Below are positions 52,201 through 64,000 of a stretch of DNA of 64,000 bases, piece by piece. This DNA comes from Octopus sinensis (taxonomy: Eukaryota), in the NCBI RefSeq assembly GCF_006345805.1, contig NC_042997.1, positions 122,264,001 through 122,328,000 on the forward strand, written 5' to 3'. The notes under the pieces were generated by a model, which did no database searches, had not been told where the DNA came from, and worked only from the letters and a program-made list of their open reading frames with translations. The number at the start of each line of letters is the position of its first letter. Positions within the stretch are counted from its first letter, which is position 1. Made by a program: the position numbers and the translations under genes.

Positions 52201-52270
<70 letters not shown>

Positions 52271-54143
52271 CATACATATTTTACAGCACCTCATTGGATG
52301 CATAACTTCATATCAAATCTATCCCCGTACTTAAATATGTTTAAATGCCAGGCTTATTCTATGCTGCCTTCTGCCGATCTCCTATGTTACAGGTGTGAAA
52401 CCCACAAACACAGTTCCCAAGCAGTGGAAGATGAGCACAAAAGCTCTTACACTCACATACATGTGTGACGATCTTCCACACGGTTTCTTTTGACCTACGT
52501 CACTCACCTTGGATCAGTATTCTTAGGAATATAGTAGAAGAGACCTTGTTGTGACAGATCTTGAAACCCCATACCATACAACACGGGCATATCTATGCGT
52601 GCATTATATACGGTTGTACACACGCGCATTCATTTTATATCTAATTATATATACAGATATTTGTATATCCGTATATATATTTGGTTATATATCCATGCTT
52701 GCGTGTCAGAATATAAGCATTTCCGCCCACACACATATACATAAAGTGCCCCAGCACAACACGTTGCAATGTCACTCGTTTACAACGCCTAATACAATCA
52801 TCTTAGACAGGCAACTCTTCACCCTGTGTACTAAGAGGCAAGATATCTAGTTTTGCACGGCAAAACGACCAAAGTTCATCTTGCACTGAGATGTAACTTG
52901 ATACGATAGCCTCTACATAACTTTACTGCCGATTACAAATATACAAGGGTGACTAAGATATATATATCTTGTCTGAGTCTAACATGAAAACGGGACGGAC
53001 GTCAATGTGGCAGCCTTTCTGCGTGTGAACGAAGACAGGGGCAAGTGGAGATTCTTGACAGCTAGAATATTTATATAATGTAGTTGCTTTCTTAATTTCT
53101 TTAATATATGTTTGGCATGTTCAACTAGGAATTATGATAACCTTCAATGTACGGTAATGCATTTATCGTTGAAATTCAATAAATATCAATTCTCGCTACT
53201 GTATTATTAAATAATCTGAATTATAGTAGTTATTACGATGAATATTGACACAAAGTTTGACGCTGGTGTACGATAATTGATAATCAGCTAAGATGTTAAT
53301 GATTCGTGTTTTGTCACCTTTAGTGAATGATTCATGATGTCCATGCATCAGAAATGAAACCTTCAGTCGATGAAACCTTCAATACATAAGCATTAGTAGC
53401 AGCGTATTAATAATACACTGACAGACTGTATTCGTCTGTTCGTCTCTTACAGTGTTCGCATAAAAGACAAAGGAATTTTTTGAATCGACATTTTGTCGTA
53501 GTTACCCTTCAATGGTTTATATTACTAGTGAAATAGCTAAAGGGACATCACAAAAATATTATAATGATAACAAATTTATTTAATAATTACTGATGGAAAA
53601 GGAAATATTATAGGGCCTTGCTATCTTTCATAGAATAAATTATTATGCTGTAATTAATAACTGTTTTTGATGCCCATGAATACTAGACACTCTCAATTTC
53701 AACAGTGTAAGGCCCAACTTCAGTTTCAGGCACGGGGGTAAATTTTTGAGACGTTTTTTTTATTGCTTTTGGAAAAAATGCGTGTTAGATATTATTAAAT
53801 GGAGTACATGATTATATGATCAGTGGATGGAGTGTTAAATGTGTTGCTAGCCTGTTTTGTAGAGTAAGATTTATGTTCTTGTTATATCAAGACAATTCAG
53901 AGTGCCTCAAACTAAGGAAGAAACTGATATATTCAGAAATATTTTAAAATCATATTTTGTGTCTTTTCAGTTATATATATGTAGATTGTGTGCATCAGAA
54001 AACACGGTTATATCAAATAACAAACATGACAGAAGTATGAATAAATATTTCAATAATCGGGAGTCGATAAAATGTACAGGTGTCAAGGTAACCAGCATGC
54101 CAATACTTTTATATTTGATAACCTTGTGCCAAAATTTGAAATC

Positions 54144-54180
<37 letters not shown>

Positions 54181-54209
54181 TGATGATGATAATAATGATA
54201 ATTATTATT

Positions 54210-55135
<926 letters not shown>

Positions 55136-55396
55136 TTTTTGTAGTTTTTATTCTGTGTGTACATGTGAATTTGAAGAAAGAAATTTGAATTTGATCACAA
55201 ATAATCCAAGAAAATACATAAATCCCATGCTCCTAAACCTGAAAAACTATTAATCATGTCCGTGAACTTACTGAACAATGCAGGGTTGTTACAAATAAGT
55301 ACACATAATATCATTTCAGTTCCTAGGTACAACTATTTCATCGTATTTATGAATGTTAAGTATGACTTGACCTGTAAATTTATTAATTTAGATGTC

Positions 55397-56292
55397 CGTG
55401 GTGTTATCAATGAGGGTCCGGATTATTGATATAGTAACGAAACTAAATCACGCAGAGTGAAGCTGCTTGGCATAAATTGACATTGGACTCTACTGCACAA
55501 GCGCACTAAGATTTATCTTTCTAGCTCTCTCCCGCTGTTTACAGCAGTGTTTGGAATGAAGGTGTGTAGCACGTGATCATTGAGTTAACCAAAACAGAAA
55601 ACATTGAGCAAGGAATTTGCATCAAATTTGGCCACGATCTTGGCGATATCTGCTCAGACGCCTTCGAAAAAATTTCAAAAATGTTTCATCATTCTCAGCA
55701 CAATCAAAGAGATCTTGTGAAACTGAAACCCGAGTGATATTTTGGTCAGCTGAAAGCAGTTTTTGGCACAAACTTCGCAGACACGCGTCCCATATCCAAA
55801 TCTTCAGTGATAATGGACTAAACGGAATGTAAATAACTTGCACATTCTCTGATAACTCACGGATGGCGATTCAACGATTTACTCTCAGCGCTGCATGCAC
55901 ATGTGTGATATTTTTCTCAGTTCTTCGGGTTGCGGGTCTACAAGAATGTTCGTCAATGTCCACACTTTTTCAGCCATCTTGGAAACGTCTGAACTACTCC
56001 TACACTTGGTTTATGCGGCTCATACACTCCTCTCCATATCCTCTGCAACTTTGCACCGACCCCAGAGCAGGTATCACCTTGAACACTTTTTCTGCCATCG
56101 TCAATGTGACGATCACACGCTACACACCTTCTTTCCAAGCACTGCTGTAAACAACGGAAGTGAGCTAGAAAGTTAAAACTTAGTGCGCACTCACAACAGT
56201 ATTCATAGTTAATCGTTGCCAAGCAGCTTTACTATGCGTTCTATATCTTCGTTACTACGGCCACAGTCCGGATACTTATTGATCAGACCTAG
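55397..56292 (-). mobile_element. Mariner-derived foldback element: 5' half of the transposase fused to an inverted copy of the 5' end
   Basis: Minus strand YGEECMSR..FRRFQDG..ITEDLDMGRVSAKFVPKLLSADQ..ENDETFLK (about 56070-55670). Plus strand TENIEQGICIKFGHDLGDICSD (from about 55590). Segments 55397-55585 and 56100-56292 are inverted homologs; the right end ..GATCAGACCTAG is followed by TA. Confidence 0.88.
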
Positions 56293-57257
56293 TATTACCG
56301 AGAGAGAAAATACAAGTAACTTAAAGATGAGATTAATAATCAACTGGAAGTTCATAGAAAGTTTTCAATATTTCTTTCTTCAGAGAATAGTGTAGGTTTT
56401 CACAAAGTTTTACAGGGTTTGCGTACAGAGTAACTGCAGTTTCTTGAGACTTTTCTGCTTCATCAAATTGATTTAGGGCAGTCATGTATTGCAACATTAA
56501 CTTTGAGCAGTTTCTATTGATAACAATGTTGAATAAGACACTGCTATCATTTACTGTACTCGATGATATGTGGTCATAGTTTTGCGGTTCTGTCCCAGCT
56601 TAGGCCTGATTAAACATCCCAAGTATGACTAATTCCGCATATTTTCTGGCAAATTTTTCATTGAATCATTATCTAAGATGCCGTTTCTTCTTTAGGGTCT
56701 TAATATGTAGCTTGAGGAAAATTTGGCAGACATTTCTGGCAAAGTAAGACAAAGCAGAACATCTTGCGCAAAAGAAAAATGATAATAACGTCAACGTTAG
56801 ACTTACTTGATTCAAAAAGACAATCCAAAGTCAAAAATCATCATCTTTGTCTCCACTACTGATTCAAGTAATTTTCTCTCCTCTTAAACCTGAGCGCGAC
56901 TATACGTAATCACTAATGAGATATCGTAATAAATGAATAGGAAATCAATACAAGAACAATATAATAAATAAATACGTTAGGAAATTGAAACATCTAAGTG
57001 AGACATTACGGTGCTAAGTCAGAGATTAATGTATTTATATTGAAATTTTGAAATCTACTATTTTATTAGTTCATATTATACGCAGGAATCAATGTTCTGT
57101 TCGCATTGTATATTTTATGTGTGAAGAGGCGTTTTACGAGACTAAATCACTACTTCTTACAATATAATTTCATTCATGACCATTAAATCATGAATAAAGT
57201 TCATGTACAAAAAAAAGAAACAAAATGTACATTTTCATGTGCTGTGTGATGTTTATG

Positions 57258-57326
<69 letters not shown>

Positions 57327-57956
57327 CATACATTATATGTATAATGTATGTATGTATATCGAGAGGAAGAGAGAGAGAGGCTTACGCTGAGACAAAATAA
57401 ATTATAGTTTGCACTGATCCTAAGGACAGTACATATTTTGACTCCATAAAGGTTAAACGTTTGGTTGAACTGAGGAAATTTTGAACTCTAAGCAATCGGA
57501 TGCATTACTATTCATTAAATATTATAAATATGTAGCCACGGTGTGCAACAAACACATACACATGTATAGTTTATAAATGGCGTCTGTTAACAAATCTAAG
57601 TCCAATTGAAAACAACGTACCATTACAGTGTTTTAATGTGTTTTACACTGTTCAGAAGAATATTTAGACATGGGAATATTTCCTGTTCTGTTTTTCTGTT
57701 TTTCATGATTTGTTGATTTGTCAGAAGAAAAGTCATGCATATATTTTTGCACGCAAATATAATTCATGACAATCAATATTTAAACAAAACGGGAACCAGT
57801 AGACTAGTTTGTATTACATATAGAATGTATGTCAGTGATTCGATCATTATATTTTAAAGTCTGAAAGAAATTGAATATAATCATTTTATCGGTAACGTTA
57901 GAATGAAATAGCGATGGTTCTGAAGCGGGGCAATTCATCTCCTAAATATACCCGAA

Positions 57957-58175
57957 GGCGGCAAGCTGGCAGAAACGTTAGCTCGCCGGCGAAATGCGTA
58001 GCCCCTATTTCGTCTGTCGTTACGTTCCGAGTTCAAATTCCACCGAGGTCGACTTTGCCTTTCATCCTTTCGAGGTCGATAAATTAAGTACCAGTTACGC
58101 AATGGGGCCGATGTAATCGACTTAATCCTCGTTTGTCTCCTCTGTGTTTAGCCCCTTGTGGGTAGTAAAGTAATA
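57957..58175 (+). mobile_element. SINE family 3, full-length, tail type 1
   Basis: GGCGGCAAGCTGGCAGAAACGTTAG..GAGTTCAAATTCC (B-box-like)..GACTTTGCCTTTCATCCTTTCGAGGTCGATAAATTAAGTACCAG..AGCCCCTTGTGGGTAGTAAAG. Confidence 0.88.
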
Positions 58176-60639
58176 CATACTAGAATTAGTTACCGTGTTT
58201 ACCTTACAGTGAAGAGAATAGTGAGATGCATTTATACCCTGTTACATTCCGCGATGTAATTGTTAACACATGCTATCCAACTATATGGAATTTTAACTCA
58301 TGTGTTATCATGGCACATGCATGACATTGCATGTTTACAATGAAGCCATATGAAAATTTAAGCATAAAAATTTAATCCTCTCACGCTGCTCAGGAAGTAA
58401 AATATATACTTCGTTTATGTTGCAATTTCGTTATTCGTTTTGATACTTAATTCATATGTTGTTTTATTTTTATACATTAAATTTCGACAACGATGGAAAC
58501 ATACAAGATTTTGGGAAACCAGCAGCATTAGTTAACAAGTATACTTATTTCTATAAACTTGTATTAAAGATTTCAGTAGCATGCCCCGGATTATGAAAAT
58601 ATATTTAAGTTCCATACTATACAGAAGAACTGGAAAAAAATCCTTAGATTTTATATTCGAAATTGCTGAGATATATATTTATACAAGGGCAATGTCTATT
58701 GCAAGGTAGCCACTTCGATGTAATAGTGATGCTTGAATAGCTGTTGTATTTAGTTCTGAAATAATTCACATGGTGGCAGCACTTTCTTGTGTAGCTATCA
58801 ACGGATGTCGGTTATATTGGAACACAGTTTTATAGCAATGCTAGTACGATCGTTAGCCAGTATCTTCCGAACACGGGATACAGATAATAGCTTTGATTTC
58901 CGGTAGATGTCGTTTGCAGTAAGCAAGGTGTTAAAAGGAAAGAGAAATATAGCTACATCAACATGTCCTTTTGTAATAAAACCTAATGATCCGCTGAATT
59001 GTTGCAGCCTAATCTTTGTATTTCTCTGAATTCCTACAACTTTCCCTTTCCTTTCCTGTCTCATTCACAATCATTCTTCATTTACCATTTCGCACACACT
59101 TCTAAATCTACGGTCTGCCTACGTTCATGCACTTCAATATCATTCCATCCTGTAATCTCTCTCTTTCTCTCTCTATCCGTCTCTCTATCTCTCGCTCTCA
59201 CTCCGTTTTCTTTTTATCAACGTCAATATTTCTCTTTTGTTCTGTCCACTTCAACTAAATTCTACATATATTTTTCTTCAAGCGTTCCCGAAAGCCAGCT
59301 ACATTATCTGCTTCCATTTATCTTTCAAATGAAACACTGCTGAATTATTCGTAGATCCTCTTTATTCTGTACACACCCTGAATAGCTCTTTCGTCTTTTC
59401 ATTTTATCAATGCAACTTTGTTCAAACTGATATAATCCACCATCTAGCGTGATATTCCAATTTTAGAAGAGAGTCTAGAAGAAATAAAGGGGATTTTAAG
59501 CCTATCTATGTTTCAATATCAGCAAAATCTTAAACAACACAGTTTAAACTTTAATCTAAATTGTCATTATGTTATGAACAAAAATAAAAGTGGATACAGT
59601 CTTCTGCAGCGGAGGGTAAACACACACTCGCCACTCGCTAGCAGGTTACGCTTATCAGTTGCAAGCATACCCCATATTTGTATAATAACCTAAGATGTAT
59701 AAGAAATTCACGTTTATATGGCAATAAATATATCTCAGCCAATGGCATGCGCCATTAAACTAAACCTAACCTTGCATAGCTTACTATTATCAATGCAAAA
59801 CGTATTTGATAAAACGATTTTTGATACGAAAATCGAAATGGTAAAATGATTATACATCATCATTATCGTTTTAAGTTTGCTATCCTTGTAGATGTTTGCT
59901 GAACTGGTCGGTGCTGCTCTCTGAGATGGCGGATAACCACATTGCGCTTGCTTGTTCATTCGTACCTTCATTTCTATGACTAGATTTCCCTTCCTAGCAC
60001 AACTCACTTGCGTATGGGCTGCCTTTTACTTTCGTTACCAGCTTTAAAATATTTGTCATATATTTGACAATATTAAAGTGAACTACTTGAACCACACACT
60101 TAGAATAGGCTAGGTGCATTTAATATTTTACCAGATGCAGAAAAACAGAGGAGAGGGTGTGATGGCTAGGAAGATCTGAATAAAATAGTGAGACTGAGTG
60201 ATAGGTGTCGATACCAAAAGGATAGGTGGGAGTATAAGTAGAATGAATGGGAATTATTCGCATATAAGATTCTTTAAGGATACGCCTCGAGATGAGCGAG
60301 TGAAGATGATCATTAATGATGAGAGAGAGAGATGGCATCCTTTGTTATTTTGGAAGTAATACAGTGTTAAATGATACACTGCCAATCTTAGTCAAAAAAG
60401 CAAAATCGTATAATGATATTTCGAAACGGACAATATAAGAGTATTGTAAAGGTATTGTATCATAAAAGTATGGATCGTAGATGCTTAGAGGACAATGGCA
60501 GGTACGTGTGATGATATACATGTATCTGTGACAAGGAAACTTCCGATAAGAGGAGGCGAATTACAGGGGTGGGGTGGGGTGAAAGTGTTTATGTAGAGAT
60601 GAGAGGGCATGGAAGGGGCCAGTGAACAAAACAAAACGT

Positions 60640-60675
<36 letters not shown>

Positions 60676-60685
60676 ATAGGTTGCC

Positions 60686-61055
60686 TTTTACTTGTTTCTA
60701 GTAACTTGAATGCGGCCATGCTGGAGCATCACCTTTAGTCGAAGAAATCGAGCCCAGGAACTATTCTTTGTAAGTCTAGTAGTAATTATATCGGTTTCTT
60801 TTGCCGAACCACAAGATTACGGGGAGGTAAACACCCCAACATCGTTTGCAAAGCGATGTTTGTGGAACAAACACCGACAAACAATTACATACATATATAC
60901 ATATATATACGACGAGCTACTTTCAGTCTAGCGAATCCATTCATAAGGCTTTGGTCGATCCAAGGCTATAGCAGCAGACACTTGCCTCGCACTGGGACTG
61001 AAACCGTAACCATGTGGTTGTGAAGCAAGCTTCTTACAACACAGCCACGCTTGCG
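60686..61055 (-). mobile_element. SINE family 1 copy, diverged
   Basis: Same tail, microsatellite and head order as 22-420. Confidence 0.8.
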
Positions 61056-62139
61056 AGGATATCTTCTACAAACATATACGACATGCATACAGATAGATTC
61101 ATATATTTGTGCATACGTGTTTATACATATGTATTAAAAATATATGCATGTGTGCGTACATTTATGTATATTTACGAATATGTATATTTGTATATATTAA
61201 CTTATGTGTATGCATGTGTATATAAATGTGTGTGTAGAGAATTAATAAATATGTCAAGCGTCTTTTCATTAAACTCTTTAATGACTTTTCGTCTCTCCAT
61301 ACGGATTAGCCCCGATATCACGCGTTTACCTATTGCAAGTGTATTTTGTCACAGAGCTCTTTTTCACTCCTCCGTCACTCATACCTGCCACTGACACCTA
61401 TGTATCTATCTACCACTCTCTCATCATTCCGTTCTCTAACAGATCTTTATTTTCTCTTTCTCGACCTCGTTTTACTATGAAAAAAAATGTGATGAAAGTG
61501 TATCGCTTAAACATAGCTTTCTTTTTCCGTAGTGTTCTCTTAGCCAGCGTTCTTCTTCCTGATATGCAGCAAGTTCACATCTCTCCTAATACGTTTCGTG
61601 TCATTTGGGCTTCTTTTTCTCAGGGGTTACATTCAATTTGAGGGATCAACACTGGTTTCTAACGAATCACTACTCCACAAGTGCCATTGCCCAAACAGGA
61701 GCAGTCTTCTGACATGCATACTAAAACTGATTCCACTTATATACAGGTTTGTTTCTTTCTATCAGCTTATTTGTGCTCCATCGCATACAAGTATTATGCA
61801 TCCATAGAAACATGCTTGCGTTATCTTTTTTTAATCTTCGTACGTTATTTTCGCCCGAAGCCCACTTCCTATTGCCATGCAAATCACAAAATCTGCTATT
61901 CAATATAAGGGGAAAAACATTCGCTGATAGTAGAAGTAATAGATTCCTGAAATTTTATATCTCTTTACCCCTTCTGGCTACTATTCTTTCGGGAACACAC
62001 ACTTCCCACATCTAATTAAGCCACCTAGGTAACGGAGCTGACTACTTGTAGAATGACACAAAGGTATTTGGTCTTCAAGAGTTTCTTTCTTATGTTCTCT
62101 TATCACCTGCTGCATGTTAAGTGTACTTTCTGCCTCAGC

Positions 62140-62389
62140 ATCAAGATGTTTCGACGTTAAAATTTCTAATTCTAGTACCGAAGCACATACATATATTCAT
62201 ATATGCATACAGGAAATATATATATATATGTATAAATATCAATATATACCTATCCATCTCTCTCCGTGTGTGTGAATGAGAAGATTTTTTCCAAGATCAT
62301 CTATCCATAGGATTTCCTGTATGCATATATAAATATATGTATGTGCTTCGGCACTAGAATTAGAAATTTTAATGTCGAAACATCTTGAT
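62140..62389. repeat. 78-bp inverted repeat (75/78 identical) with a 94-bp spacer
   Basis: 62140-62217 versus the reverse complement of 62312-62389 differ at three positions, all transitions. Confidence 0.95.
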
Positions 62390-62408
62390 ATATATATATA
62401 TATATAAT

Positions 62409-62470
<62 letters not shown>

Positions 62471-64000
62471 TACAAGTATATATATATATATGTGTGTGTG
62501 CGTACGTGCATTCGCTAAGTCTTACAAAATTGAACTTAATTATAACCATCCCTCTGTCTTCCTCGATATTCGTTACCGGAAAATTTAGATTTATGTTCCT
62601 AGAATTTCAACAGAATATAAAGAATATGCGATATTTTTTAAACTTGAGCAATTCTACTGAACATGTAAAGAAAGAAAAGAAGACATTTTGTTCCACAATT
62701 CTCTTATCATTCTTTTCATATCTTTAGATAAATAGACATGAGGCATGAATAAATTTTAATGTATTCCAATACATCGAAAACTGCTAAAATGTACTTTCAC
62801 AGTATTCCTTTTAAATATATTCATGTTAACGTGCTGGATAAAACGCATATTTTTCATGCCTTTTAACTGAGTTATGATAACACACACAGGAATGTCATAT
62901 TCAAACGTTAAACCTGGAGCTACAAATTATTCTAACAGTGGCTTCAGGCAAATCAAAGCAAAAGTTATCAAAAGCTTTTCTACAATTTTTCATTTCATAT
63001 GTTTTATAATTTATTACACCTTTTCTTTATTAAAACCACTTTTAGTGACATCGTTCACGCAATCTTATTACAATCTGCTTCAACTAAGTGCAGCAAAACA
63101 TTCTTAATGTATTTCCGTACACCCAAAATGTGTCCATTGCTTTTACAAATATCTACTGGTTAAAATCAGATTTCGAAGTTTTTCTACCCTTGTATTATTA
63201 TTTTTTTTCTTCTTAATCATTCTTACGATGTTCTTGTCATCAAAAATAAAACGTATTTGTCGATTTCAATATCTGAAAATAGCTGATCAACTAATATTAC
63301 ATAACTTTATAATCAGTATATATGTAACAGCCATATGCTGTAACGTTAACCACCGTTGTCATCGATTTTATTCTCTACGCAAGACCCAATCAAACTAGCC
63401 CGTTATATATTATCCAAGGTCGTCCGAATTATTTGTCCAATAACCGTTGTTTTCAGTTGATAACCGATTAATCTTACATTTGATAGCAAGCCAAACCATC
63501 TCAGGTTAACTTTCCAGATTTTAGAATTAACAATAAAATAAGGATTGATATACTGTTATTTATTGGCATCACAAAACGTTTTAATTGGATGGGATTGAAA
63601 AGAATGTATAGCCGTTTGTGTTGGAGTTCTACACATCACCAATCTAGAGGAAGAAATCTATGTAATTCAATGATATTTAGACTAATTGGTGCTGAGATAT
63701 AATCTCTCGGATATGCTAGCGACTTGAATTATTGTACCGGACGGTCTCATACATCAAAATTAAATGTAGTAGTAACTCTCATAAGTATATAATTCTATCA
63801 TATGATAAATAGATTTACGTTTATATGTAAATCAGCGAGTCTATTTAATACACAGGTACACTCATGCATACACACACACACACACACAGAGCGTATATGT
63901 GTGCATATACGCACATACATATGTGTTTATGTATATACGTATATGTATGTATACATATATACATGTGTATGTGTGTATGAATGTGTACATATATATATAT

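Noticed and set aside
52967-53065. TC...CTAG segment after TATA as a mini-Helitron
   Set aside because: No strong subterminal hairpin, and the 3' flank is A rather than T.

Overview
AT-rich, repeat-dense animal genomic DNA. I found no host protein-coding exon I can support, and nearly all ORF-track entries are microsatellite or repeat artefacts. The repeat landscape resembles what I recall from Octopus/coleoid cephalopod genomes (inference, not searched). Main contents: (1) a 5'-truncated, frameshifted Penelope-like element (PLE, Neptune-type RT + GIY-YIG) at about 5441-9097, whose 3' end carries a minimal hammerhead-ribozyme-like motif with a variant core; (2) two older PLE remnants (about 11.2-12.8 kb and 29.7-31.6 kb) and a solo homolog of the first element's terminal repeat with the same motif (about 52.1 kb); (3) a CR1/L2-type LINE fragment and an R4/Dong-type endonuclease fragment; (4) a decayed mariner with TIRs and a mariner-derived foldback element; (5) four tRNA-derived SINE families, including nested, tandem and tail-swapped copies; (6) many (TA)n, (CA)n and (TAA)n tracts. 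The best unexplained signals are the variant hammerheads, a consensus polypyrimidine-CAG|GTAAGT recursive-splice-like site with a 36-nt candidate exon (minus strand, about 14.3 kb), a 78-bp near-perfect inverted repeat in otherwise unique sequence (62.1-62.4 kb), a perfect 32-bp palindrome (27.0 kb) and short structured elements embedded in (TA)n. None is shown to be a new system; each is given with a test. All alignments and translations were done by eye, so element boundaries are approximate.
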